IMG/VR virus record: IMGVR_UViG_3300012347_000364
Coordinates: 1 to 25,018 of that record
Strand: one strand, 5' to 3'
Source of the DNA: a virus
Lineage: Duplodnaviria > Heunggongvirae > Uroviricota > Caudoviricetes
Length of the DNA: 25,018 bases
Below, piece after piece: positions 6,303 to 15,254 of this stretch. Position 1 is the first letter of the stretch, and each line of letters begins with the position of its first letter. Both the position numbers and the translations under genes were made by a program. Under the pieces are notes generated by a model. That model was not told the origin of the DNA, ran no database searches, and worked only from the letters and a program-made list of their open reading frames with translations.

Positions 6303-6938
6303 ATGTTACCGCAACGCTTAAAATATGAAATACAAAAACCCCTTGTCATTAAACACCTCACTAGTTTGGTTGATAATGATAGACGTCTTCGCTTTGGTGG
6401 CGTACTTAGCGACGAGTCAATTGCTTCCTATGTTGACAAGCAGTGGGATGCAGATGGTGCCTGGTTTGGAACTTTTGATGGTGAAGAACTAATTGCCGTC
6501 GTCCATGTTGCGATAACAAATGATGAAGCAGAGATTGGCCTGTCGGTAGACCCTCATTACCGCGATAGAAAGCTTGGACAAAAGCTTTTCGAGCGAGCAG
6601 CTTTCTATATACGTTCAGAAGGTATACAGCACGTTTACATGCATTGTCTTTCTGAGAATGCAGCAATGAAGCACATGGCACAGAAATACAACATGACTAC
6701 GGTGTCGCAGTATGGTGAGACTGATGCTCGAGCCGTCGTAGACGCCCCGTACACCCCGATGGATTCTGTTACGGAAGCCGTTGCCCAACAGCTTGCTTTA
6801 TGTGATAATAGCATACGTGTGACATCAAGTATGTGGAGCAAATATATTGAGCGTCTTTGGAACGTCCTGCCAAAGAAATCTATGAGGAACGTGAATGCCA
6901 ATCCAAACGATATTTCCGACAACCATCCAAGTAAATAA
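6303..6938 (+). CDS. GNAT family N-acetyltransferase
   Basis: DRRLRFG, AEIGLSV, acetyl-CoA motif YRDRKLGQKL, YMHCLSENAAM. Confidence 0.85.
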   Translation: MLPQRLKYEIQKPLVIKHLTSLVDNDRRLRFGGVLSDESIASYVDKQWDADGAWFGTFDGEELIAVVHVAITNDEAEIGLSVDPHYRDRKLGQKLFERAAFYIRSEGIQHVYMHCLSENAAMKHMAQKYNMTTVSQYGETDARAVVDAPYTPMDSVTEAVAQQLALCDNSIRVTSSMWSKYIERLWNVLPKKSMRNVNANPNDISDNHPSK

Positions 6939-7464
6939 CTACAAGTCGTTATTAGCGGACGCCCGCGCCTTCATGGATTTGGTGGGGAGAGTGGGAGACG
7001 TTCCAGATATCATATATGACGCACAAGATGTAGATGCATGTAAGCAATGTGCTACGTATCTACAGGACGCGTGTGGTGATCTTACACAGACTGTAATTGA
7101 GCAATGCATGGAGTTTGCCAATACCACATACTACATCAACGCTGGCGATTCTGTTAGTATTAAGTATGCTTGGCCTATGACATATGATGTTGGCTCTACC
7201 TTCTTCCCTCACCAGCATATGTCAGACAACATTAAAATGTCAGCAATATACTATACAAACGTAGGTGAAGGGTCAGCGCCGTTAAGATTCTATGATCAGC
7301 GTTACTTTACTAGTGATTGTACGCAAAAGAATTTAACGCACGACTTCCATCCACAAGATGGCGACCTATTAATATACCCTGCAAATTTAATACACGGTGT
7401 TCCGAAGAATAATAATAATACACGTAGGTGTATAGTGTTTGATGTATCGATTATACGCGCATGA
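6895..7464 (+). CDS. 2OG-Fe(II) oxygenase-like protein (TIGR02466-type)
   Basis: FFPHQH, SAIYY, LRFYD, GDLLIYPANLIHGV, RRCIVFD; GAGGA SD; overlaps the GNAT gene by 44 nt. Confidence 0.78.
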   Translation: MPIQTIFPTTIQVNNYKSLLADARAFMDLVGRVGDVPDIIYDAQDVDACKQCATYLQDACGDLTQTVIEQCMEFANTTYYINAGDSVSIKYAWPMTYDVGSTFFPHQHMSDNIKMSAIYYTNVGEGSAPLRFYDQRYFTSDCTQKNLTHDFHPQDGDLLIYPANLIHGVPKNNNNTRRCIVFDVSIIRA

Positions 7465-8126
7465 TAAAAACATTATTTGCTGATCAAATATTCCACGACA
7501 ATAGGTGGGATTTAGTAGAACCTTGGGCTTCTAAAATGGTTGAGGATATGTATGGGGAGATCACTAATACTCCTCAGTCGTACACTACAGATCCATCTCC
7601 TGTAGAAGGATTCGATACCCCTATGGGGTGGTGGTGGAGAAATAATCAAATATTTAAGGATACAATAAGTAAAGAAGCTGAAGCGTGGTTGTTGAAGTCT
7701 CTTAAGGAATATTTCTTTAATGTTCTTCAGCATACTTTGTATCAAGAGGAATATCTCTTTATGCATTACATCTGGCCTGTTGTAATAACTACAGGGTCTT
7801 ACGTAGTGCCACATATACATCGAGGAGCTGGCAATCATTTTATATCTGGAGGATTGTGTTTGCGTGCAAGTGAAGGACATGCCCTTACCTTCCATAGTCC
7901 GAGAAGTTTTTTTAGTGAGCCCTTCAAGTTAAAAAATATGGCGAATTCAAACGAGGTAGGAATCCCTGTGAAATCTGGGGACTTACTTTTTTGGAAATCA
8001 GATGCTATACATGAAATAAAACAAAACAACACGACAGAGCCTTTGGTCTTTATTGGCTTTGATGTTGGTTTATTCCGCCCCCACCCACCTGAACATCTTT
8101 GCTATAAGATAGAATCATATGAATAA
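7461..8126 (+). CDS. 2OG-Fe(II) oxygenase-like protein (TIGR02466-type)
   Basis: VVPHIH, ISGGLCL, LTFHSPR, GDLLFWKSDAIHEI. Confidence 0.75.
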   Translation: MIKTLFADQIFHDNRWDLVEPWASKMVEDMYGEITNTPQSYTTDPSPVEGFDTPMGWWWRNNQIFKDTISKEAEAWLLKSLKEYFFNVLQHTLYQEEYLFMHYIWPVVITTGSYVVPHIHRGAGNHFISGGLCLRASEGHALTFHSPRSFFSEPFKLKNMANSNEVGIPVKSGDLLFWKSDAIHEIKQNNTTEPLVFIGFDVGLFRPHPPEHLCYKIESYE

Positions 8127-8790
8127 TAAATTAACGATGTTAATTACTGGAGCAAGTAGTGGAATAGGCTTAGCCTGTTATAATCTTTTCAAAGAAAAAT
8201 ATAATGTTGTAACTTCTCACAGAAGTGTGGGGGCTGATTTTAGAGGGGACCTCACAGACCTCTCATTTAGAGAGGAATTGTGTCGCAATGTAACACCAGA
8301 CATCTTCATCAATAATGCTGGAGGAATGTGTGAGGGAGACACGGTGAAGATACTTGAGCTAAATGCTGTAGCTCAAGTAGACCTCCTAATGAAATTTTAT
8401 AATAAAATGAAACCGGGTGGTGTAATAATTAATATAGCATCTATTTGTGCCGAGCTTCGTGGATGGCAGGGAATGGAAGAAACGCTGATTCCGTATATTG
8501 CGGCGAAACATGCTATTAAGGCAGCTAGCCTTTGCTATACAGATGCGCGATTTAAAGACATTAGGGTATCTTGTGTCGAACCAGATATGGTGGCAGGAAC
8601 ACGGACCTCACCTCATTTGATCGATGAGGGTCACTATAACGACTTTAGTGCCGATCAATACACACCCATGAGGCCCAAGGATATCGCTACATTGATTGAG
8701 CATGAGTTGACCCAGCCACGTTGGATGGTAAAGGGATTGATACAAGTAAGTTTAGCATCTCGACATCTAGTGATGCATGAGCCAGGATGA
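8119..8790 (+). CDS. Short-chain dehydrogenase/reductase
   Basis: LITGASSGIG Rossmann motif, INNAG, IINIAS, catalytic YIAAK, VEPDMV. Confidence 0.9.
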   Translation: MNNKLTMLITGASSGIGLACYNLFKEKYNVVTSHRSVGADFRGDLTDLSFREELCRNVTPDIFINNAGGMCEGDTVKILELNAVAQVDLLMKFYNKMKPGGVIINIASICAELRGWQGMEETLIPYIAAKHAIKAASLCYTDARFKDIRVSCVEPDMVAGTRTSPHLIDEGHYNDFSADQYTPMRPKDIATLIEHELTQPRWMVKGLIQVSLASRHLVMHEPG

Positions 8791-8820
8791 CCCACCGATG
8801 GGTGGGTATGTAAATAAATA
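8790..8820 (+). promoter_or_regulatory. Perfect hairpin followed by a late-promoter-like ATAAATA
   Basis: ACCCACC-GATG-GGTGGGT (8790-8807); ATAAATA at 8814-8820. Confidence 0.45.
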
Positions 8821-8843
8821 TATTTTTTGAAAGAGGATTAGCA

Positions 8844-9140
8844 ATGAGTAATATTACGTGTTTGAAATTGATTAGTGGTGAAGAAGTGATCGGTAAGTTT
8901 GTCGATAAAACTGTTGATGGTATCACCATTGAAGATGTTGCTTCTGTTGTGATGATGCCCAGCCAACGCGGTGATGGTAGTGTGTCTTTGGGGTTGATGC
9001 CTTTCCTCCCATACGCCGATAAAAATTATTTTATATTCTCTGCAGCGTCTATCGTCGTCAATTTCGATCCAAATATCGATATGGTGAATAACTATAGCCG
9101 TATGTTTGGTGCTGGTATTCAGGTAGTTAAGTCAATCTAA
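8844..9140 (+). CDS. Conserved T4-like phage hypothetical protein (Sm-like fold suspected)
   Basis: LKLISGEEVIG ... PFLPYA ... Y..MFG pattern, recalled from small proteins near hsp20/gp43 in T4-like phages; GAGGA SD. Confidence 0.7.
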   Translation: MSNITCLKLISGEEVIGKFVDKTVDGITIEDVASVVMMPSQRGDGSVSLGLMPFLPYADKNYFIFSAASIVVNFDPNIDMVNNYSRMFGAGIQVVKSI

Positions 9141-9153
9141 CCACTATTCACGT

Positions 9154-9813
9154 ATGTTTACAAAAACAGAACTATTCCCTGAGATACTCTATCAGAGTAG
9201 GATAGATCTAACAGAAGAACAGCGTGAGGCGCTTTGGGATGTATGTGAGGTTCGTGAATATGCCAAGTGCGCACCTGGAGAGAATGTAAACGGAACGTCC
9301 AACATATACCACTACAGCGATATTCCCGATTATAGGAAAAGAGTCGTCGAAAGACTGCCTGAACTAATTGTCACGTTAATGAGTCATGCGCGCGTCTATA
9401 TGGAAGACTGTTTGGGCGCGCCCCTCGTTAAAGACGATCGGTTAATAATGAAACATATCAACTGCGTTGTTATTCCACCAGGCGGGTCAGTCCCCAGCCA
9501 CACTCATTTCTATAACGGACCCAGTTTTTTAACAGGTAGCTTTTGTCTGGAAGATGGTGGAGGAAATACGAGGTTAGCAATCCAAGGTCCGAGATATTTG
9601 ACAACCGAGCCTCTGACCACAAAATATACCACCAATACCAACGAGCATTACCTCTACCCCAAAGCGGGCGATCTCCTTATATGGAATTCTCACTTGTCTC
9701 ACGGAATACCATATAACATTGCACCAGGTCCTATGGTGTTTTTGTGGTATGATGTTGATTATAGACACGGTCAGTATCCTATAGACGATCGTTGTATAGT
9801 AAGAGGAAATTAA
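9154..9813 (+). CDS. 2OG-Fe(II) oxygenase-like protein (TIGR02466-type)
   Basis: VPSHTH, LTGSFCL, GDLLIWNSHLSHGI. Confidence 0.75.
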   Translation: MFTKTELFPEILYQSRIDLTEEQREALWDVCEVREYAKCAPGENVNGTSNIYHYSDIPDYRKRVVERLPELIVTLMSHARVYMEDCLGAPLVKDDRLIMKHINCVVIPPGGSVPSHTHFYNGPSFLTGSFCLEDGGGNTRLAIQGPRYLTTEPLTTKYTTNTNEHYLYPKAGDLLIWNSHLSHGIPYNIAPGPMVFLWYDVDYRHGQYPIDDRCIVRGN

Positions 9814-9814
9814 T

Positions 9815-10156
9815 ATGAGTTATTCGAGATGGGGATCGTCACATTGGTATTCGTTCTGGAGCACAGCCTCAGGTCCTACTAAGGATGAGCAGATATTGAG
9901 TCTGTGGTATAACATAGACATGACGCATGATTGGACATATGCAGATCTCAAGAAGATTACGATCGATGATTTGACAATCGAGTATGCAGGCGTTCCTCAT
10001 AACGAGCTGCTAGAAGCACAAGAGTTGATCAGTGCGTTTATTGCAGATGTTGATGGTGCAAGTGATGCAGAATTAGTAGATAGTTACATCGACTTTCTCG
10101 AGGTAGAATGCGGCATCGATCCCGTTGATCTCAATGTGATAAGAGGGTATAATTAA
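9815..10156 (+). CDS. Hypothetical protein
   Basis: 113 aa ORF, GAGGA SD, tight gene packing. Confidence 0.75.
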   Translation: MSYSRWGSSHWYSFWSTASGPTKDEQILSLWYNIDMTHDWTYADLKKITIDDLTIEYAGVPHNELLEAQELISAFIADVDGASDAELVDSYIDFLEVECGIDPVDLNVIRGYN

Positions 10157-10179
10157 CATTCCATTAAAAGAGGTATGTT

Positions 10180-11073
10180 ATGAAAGTTTCCGTTTGCAGC
10201 GATCTGCATTTAGAATTTGGTTTCTTTGCTCCTGACGCAGCCATCTTCAAGAACGAAGAGCAAGCGGACGTTCTCGTGCTGGGTGGTGATATTTGCGTTG
10301 CTGCAGGAGTCAGTGATCCGAAATACCGTGCAAACTTAGTAGAGTTCTTTGATCGCTGCAGCTCTGCATATAAGCATGTGGTTTACCTCATGGGTAACCA
10401 CGAGCATTACAACGGCGATTTCAAATACAGCGCTGGTACGTTGTTCTCTTTGACCTGCGTACACGACAACTTCCACTTCCTCGATAATGGATATGCATAC
10501 ATCGATGGTGTCCTGTTTGTTGGCGGCACCATGTGGACTGATATGAATAGGGGCGACCCACTGACTCTTCACCACATGAAGTCGTCAATGAATGATTTCC
10601 AATGTGTTAAGAACAGTAGCAACATGCTGTCGCGTAAGGTCCCCCTATACGAAGACCCATCACTTGTCAACGAGCATGGTGTAAAGCAACCCTCTGGCTG
10701 GAAGTTTAAAACAGAGCCAAGTATGTTCAGTCCAAACGATGCACTACAAGAGCATCATAAGTTCTTGGATTATCTGCGCACGATGTTGAACAACTCCAAA
10801 GATCAAAAGGTTGTTGTTTGCACGCACCATACTCCTTCTACGCTTAGTGCACATCCACGATATAAGCATGATACGATTATGAATGGTGGTTATCATTCAG
10901 ACCTTTCTGAGCTCATTCTCGATAACCCACACATCAAATTGTGGACGCATGGTCATACACATGAACCTTTTGATTATGTGTTGGGCGAGACGCGTGTGGT
11001 TTGCAACCCTCGAGGATATATCAAGTACGAGCCAATGGCTTCTAGCTTTACCCCTAAGATTGTTGAGATCTAA
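10180..11073 (+). CDS. Calcineurin-like metallophosphoesterase
   Basis: SDLH, GGDI, GNHEH, THH, HGHTH motifs. Confidence 0.92.
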   Translation: MKVSVCSDLHLEFGFFAPDAAIFKNEEQADVLVLGGDICVAAGVSDPKYRANLVEFFDRCSSAYKHVVYLMGNHEHYNGDFKYSAGTLFSLTCVHDNFHFLDNGYAYIDGVLFVGGTMWTDMNRGDPLTLHHMKSSMNDFQCVKNSSNMLSRKVPLYEDPSLVNEHGVKQPSGWKFKTEPSMFSPNDALQEHHKFLDYLRTMLNNSKDQKVVVCTHHTPSTLSAHPRYKHDTIMNGGYHSDLSELILDNPHIKLWTHGHTHEPFDYVLGETRVVCNPRGYIKYEPMASSFTPKIVEI

Positions 11074-11270
11074 TGAATATGCAAGTAAAATGGTATGATT
11101 GGTTGCGATACTCTGGTGCTGCAGCCACCTTCCACATTAACCCTCTGTACTGGTGGGTACTTCCTCACTTTAAAAGCTATAGGAGTGAGTTTAGTGGAAG
11201 CGATCGTCGTTGGGAATTTAAATTCTTATTCCTGAAAGTTGTTGTTTGGATTGATAATGGAGCATGGTAA
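11073..11270 (+). CDS. Hypothetical protein (aromatic-rich)
   Basis: 65 aa; overlaps the neighbouring stop and start codons. Confidence 0.6.
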   Translation: MNMQVKWYDWLRYSGAAATFHINPLYWWVLPHFKSYRSEFSGSDRRWEFKFLFLKVVVWIDNGAW

Positions 11271-11854
11271 TGGGTAAATCGTTTACTGTAGTGGTTGATT
11301 ACGATAACAAGACGGGCGATACTATTCTCCCGCTCCCAGACGAGCTGATGCTCGAAGCTGGTTGGAATCTTGGCGATACTGTGCAATGGATCGACAATAA
11401 AGACGGCACATTCCAATTGGTTAAGAAAGAGCAAGAACCAGCTACAGAGTGGGTGCTCGTTGATGCAGTCAGCACATTTCGTATGCGATATATGGTAGAA
11501 GTGCCTAAAGGTAAATCGGAGTGGGCACTAGATACTGTGTCGATGAACGAAGCAAAAGAATTTTCACAAGAACATATCGGCGAGCAAATAGTATCACATC
11601 GAGTCGTTAGTTTCGATGAAGCGATTGCAATCAGTGATATTGACAACCATTATTGTAAGAAATGGACGACTGAGCAAAAAGTGAACGCCTTCTTTACAAA
11701 GAGCGAGCCAGAAGAGTCGACTATTGTACCGATGCCTGGTACTTCTGGCTCAGCTAAGGTGAAGCGTCCAGAAGATGTGTGCGCCATCTGTAAATTGACA
11801 CGAGACCAATTGGGTAGCCATGCGTGCTACGCTTATAACTGCGGACTAAATTAA
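11264..11854 (+). CDS. Hypothetical protein with N-terminal AbrB/MazE-like domain
   Basis: ILPLPDELMLEAGWNLGDTVQW pattern; Cys-rich C-terminus (CAIC...C....C); true start may be 11270. Confidence 0.6.
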   Translation: MVMGKSFTVVVDYDNKTGDTILPLPDELMLEAGWNLGDTVQWIDNKDGTFQLVKKEQEPATEWVLVDAVSTFRMRYMVEVPKGKSEWALDTVSMNEAKEFSQEHIGEQIVSHRVVSFDEAIAISDIDNHYCKKWTTEQKVNAFFTKSEPEESTIVPMPGTSGSAKVKRPEDVCAICKLTRDQLGSHACYAYNCGLN

Positions 11855-14374
11855 TTGAAATTCTATACACACGTACATCTGCACAAAGCAGACATCTTAC
11901 TTCGAGGATATGAAAATGGCCAACGAGTGCAACGCTCGATCCGCTATCAGCCATACATATTCGAACCCAATCGCGTCTATCAAGAGAAAGGCGTAGAAAC
12001 TCCCTTCCGTACGTTGAAGGGAGAACCTGTTTACAAGAACGAATTCGATAGCGTATTTGAAGCACGCGAGCACATCAAACAATTCAAAGGCGTTGCTGGT
12101 AAGCCGTTATATGGTCTAGACAGTTTCGTCTATACGTTCATCAACGACAACTACCCCGGCGATATTGACTACGATCCGAAAGTGATTAGCCTAGTATCGC
12201 TCGATATTGAGGTTGACTCTGAAGGTGGTTTTCCTGACATTGCGCAAGCAGACCGAATGGTTACTGCTATTACTTTGCGCAAACGCGGCAAATCATATGT
12301 GTTTGGTTTGAAGCCTTACACTGTTGAGCACGAGAGCGTCACATATATTGAATGTAAGGATGAGCATGACCTTCTCAATAAGTTTCTTTCTACGTGGCAA
12401 TCGCAATTGATTGATCCGGACGTCGTTACGGGTTGGAACATTGAGTTCTTCGATATTCCGTATTTGGTTAACCGCATCCGTCGTACGATGGGTGATGTTT
12501 CTGCTAAGCGCTTGTCGCCATGGGGCATTCTAGATCAACGTACGCTAGAAATCATGGGGAAAGAATACACTGTATACACGCCTGTAGGGATTAACATCAT
12601 CGACTACATGCAGGCATATAAGAAATTCTCGTTCCAGATGCAAGAGTCTTATAAGCTAGATCATATCGCGTTTACAGAACTAGGCGAACGTAAGTTGGAC
12701 TATAACGAGCTCGGTTTCGAGACGTTGGATGAGTTCTACAAAGGCGACTATCAAAACTACATCAACTACAACATTCGAGATACTGAATTGGTTGATAAGC
12801 TAGAAGATAAGCTGAAGTTTCTAGAGCAGATCTATGCTATTGCATATGACGGCCACGTCAACTTTGCAGACGCGTTTACTTCTGTGCGTATGTGGGACGT
12901 TATCATTCACAACTACTTGCTGTCTCGTGGCATCGTTGTACCGATGGTCGAGCGTGGTGCTAAGTTTGGTCAGATTGTGGGTGCTTATGTTAAAGACCCG
13001 CAAGTTGGTATGCATCCATGGGTAGTGTCGTTTGACTTGAACTCGCTATACCCTCACTTGATCATGCAATACAACATCTCGCCAGAGACGTATGTCGATC
13101 AGATGTATGGATTGACTGTGGATAAGATTCTTGATGGTGGATTGAACGGAGCACCACGCGATGAAGCTATTGCACGTAATCTAGCAATTGCTGCTTCAGG
13201 TTGTACTTTCGATCGCGACTTCCGAGGATTCTTGCCAACGTTAATGCAGAAGATGTACAACGATCGTGTTACGTTCAAGAAGCAGATGATTGCTGCAAAG
13301 CAGCAGTATGAGAAGACAAAGACATACGAGCTTGAGAAAGAGATTGCACGTTGCCATAACATGCAGCTTGCTAAGAAGATTCAATTGAACTCAGCTTATG
13401 GTGCTTTATCCAACGTATACTTCCGCTGGTTCGATATCAACCTAGCAGAGTCGATTACTAAGTCTGGTCAGCTTTCTATCCGTTGGATGGAACGCAAGAT
13501 GAATGCTTATCTCAACAAGCAACTGAAGACTGGTGAAGTTGATTATGTGATTGCTTGTGATACAGATTCCATGTACTTGGATCTTGGCGAGCTCGTCAAT
13601 CAAACGTGTCAAGGCAAGTCTACGCAAGAGATTGTTGCATACTTAGATAAAGTGTGTGAGAAGATCTTTGAACCATTCATCGATAAGTCGTACCAAGAGT
13701 TGGCAGATTATGTCAACGCTTACGATCAGAAGATGAAGATGAAGCGAGAGGCGATTGCTGATAAGGGTATCTGGACTGCTAAGAAGCGATACATCTTGAA
13801 CGTGTACAACCTGGAAGGGGTCGCATACGAGGAAGCTAAGCTGAAGATTCAGGGCATCGAGGCTGTACGTTCATCAACACCATCATCTTGTCGTGATAAC
13901 ATTAAGAAGGCCCTGAAGTTGATTATGACATCGACGGAAGATGATTTGATTAACTTTATCGCTAACTTCCGAGAAGAATTCAAGCAGATGCCTTTCGAGC
14001 AGATTGCGTTCCCGCGTACTGTTCGTGGATTATCGGAGTACCATGATGCTGCTACAATCTTCCGTAAGTCTACGCCCATTCATGTACGCGGTGCATTGAT
14101 TTACAACCACATGCTGAAGGAGAATAAGCTGCAGAATAAATACCAAGTGATCGGCGAAGGTGAGAAGATTAAATTCTGTCACTTCAAACTACCGAACCCT
14201 GCAATGAGCAACATTGTAGCATCATCTGGTGCGTTGCCTAAAGAGCTTGACTTAGTCAATTATATCGATTATGATATGCAGTTTCAAAAATCATTCATCG
14301 ATCCACTTCAAACCATCCTAGACGTTCTTGGGTGGCATACAGAGAAACGAGTCACTTTAGATTCGTTCTTCTAA
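11855..14374 (+). CDS. 43: Family B DNA polymerase (T4 gp43-like)
   Basis: ExoI DIE, ExoII GWNIEFFDIPY, ExoIII YNIRD, motif A SFDLNSLYP, motif B KIQLNSAYG, motif C CDTDS; C-terminal clamp-binding TLDSFF; TTG start. Confidence 0.97.
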   Translation: MKFYTHVHLHKADILLRGYENGQRVQRSIRYQPYIFEPNRVYQEKGVETPFRTLKGEPVYKNEFDSVFEAREHIKQFKGVAGKPLYGLDSFVYTFINDNYPGDIDYDPKVISLVSLDIEVDSEGGFPDIAQADRMVTAITLRKRGKSYVFGLKPYTVEHESVTYIECKDEHDLLNKFLSTWQSQLIDPDVVTGWNIEFFDIPYLVNRIRRTMGDVSAKRLSPWGILDQRTLEIMGKEYTVYTPVGINIIDYMQAYKKFSFQMQESYKLDHIAFTELGERKLDYNELGFETLDEFYKGDYQNYINYNIRDTELVDKLEDKLKFLEQIYAIAYDGHVNFADAFTSVRMWDVIIHNYLLSRGIVVPMVERGAKFGQIVGAYVKDPQVGMHPWVVSFDLNSLYPHLIMQYNISPETYVDQMYGLTVDKILDGGLNGAPRDEAIARNLAIAASGCTFDRDFRGFLPTLMQKMYNDRVTFKKQMIAAKQQYEKTKTYELEKEIARCHNMQLAKKIQLNSAYGALSNVYFRWFDINLAESITKSGQLSIRWMERKMNAYLNKQLKTGEVDYVIACDTDSMYLDLGELVNQTCQGKSTQEIVAYLDKVCEKIFEPFIDKSYQELADYVNAYDQKMKMKREAIADKGIWTAKKRYILNVYNLEGVAYEEAKLKIQGIEAVRSSTPSSCRDNIKKALKLIMTSTEDDLINFIANFREEFKQMPFEQIAFPRTVRGLSEYHDAATIFRKSTPIHVRGALIYNHMLKENKLQNKYQVIGEGEKIKFCHFKLPNPAMSNIVASSGALPKELDLVNYIDYDMQFQKSFIDPLQTILDVLGWHTEKRVTLDSFF

Positions 14375-14378
14375 ACAC

Positions 14379-14441
14379 AGAGGCCTCAAAAGCATCATCC
14401 CTCTATAATAATTCTGCTGCTATGTCTAACATAGGAGTCTT
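14379..14441 (+). promoter_or_regulatory. preQ1-I-like riboswitch candidate
   Basis: P1 AGAGG/CCTCT, loop ending in C, tail starting ATAA, possible pseudoknot AGCA/TGCT, SD-overlapping hairpin CTATGT/ACATAG; directly upstream of queD. Confidence 0.55.
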
Positions 14442-14951
14442 ATGACCAACACAATTACACCAATCACATACAAGTACACAAGCACGAAAGAATACGTAGA
14501 CGCATTCCCAGTTGCATATCGCCAATGGCGTGCTGACTCACATTGTAACCTGATTCACGGCTATTCGTTTAGCATGAAGTTTTATTTCGGCACCAATGAT
14601 TTGGATGTCCGTAACTGGGCAGCCGATTATGGCGGCTTGAAAGAGCTGAAGGGCTTGTTGCAAGACCAATTTGATCACACATTGCTAGTTGCAGAAGATG
14701 ATCCTGAATTGGCGACATATAAGATTCTTCAAGAGAAGAACATGGCTAAGCTAACTATCCTTCCTAAGTTGGGTTGCGAGGGTTTGGCTGACCAACTCTA
14801 CAAATACGTTAATGGCGTATACATTCCTGATATGTGGGGTCCATCAGAAGCAAAACGTTTGTGGTGCTACCGCGTTGAAGTTCGTGAAACGCAGAGCAAT
14901 ATGGCATTCCGTGAAGGCCACCGCGAATGGAATGAAGACTTGTTCGCTTAA
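14442..14951 (+). CDS. queD: 6-carboxytetrahydropterin synthase-like (QueD/PTPS family)
   Basis: RQWRADSHCNLIHGYS, DYGGLK, FDHTLL, GCEGLA, VRET; AGGAG SD. Confidence 0.85.
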   Translation: MTNTITPITYKYTSTKEYVDAFPVAYRQWRADSHCNLIHGYSFSMKFYFGTNDLDVRNWAADYGGLKELKGLLQDQFDHTLLVAEDDPELATYKILQEKNMAKLTILPKLGCEGLADQLYKYVNGVYIPDMWGPSEAKRLWCYRVEVRETQSNMAFREGHREWNEDLFA

Positions 14952-14960
14952 GGAAGCAAA

Positions 14961-15254
14961 ATGGCAAAGATAATTAACGACGACGATTTCGACTTCGGCT
15001 TCTCAGCCGTTAGTGAGCAGGACCTGAAAGCGATGGAGCGTGAGCTCGAAGCTAAGGTCGCTATTCAGAATACACAGTTGCAAGAAGTAGCAGCTAGCTA
15101 TGAGGAGAAGTTAGATCAGTTGTATACCATGGTAATGCCTCTATTGAAGAACTTAGCAAAAGACTCTGATAAAGACTACATCTATTGGCCAGATCGTCAG
15201 AAGAAGATGTTAGAGTTTATTAGAAAAGTAGAGACGTTAGTAAATGGTAGTTAA
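14961..15254 (+). CDS. Conserved phage hypothetical protein
   Basis: DDFDFGFS N-terminus, PLLKNL..D..K.YIYWP.R; AAGGA SD. Confidence 0.75.
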   Translation: MAKIINDDDFDFGFSAVSEQDLKAMERELEAKVAIQNTQLQEVAASYEEKLDQLYTMVMPLLKNLAKDSDKDYIYWPDRQKKMLEFIRKVETLVNGS

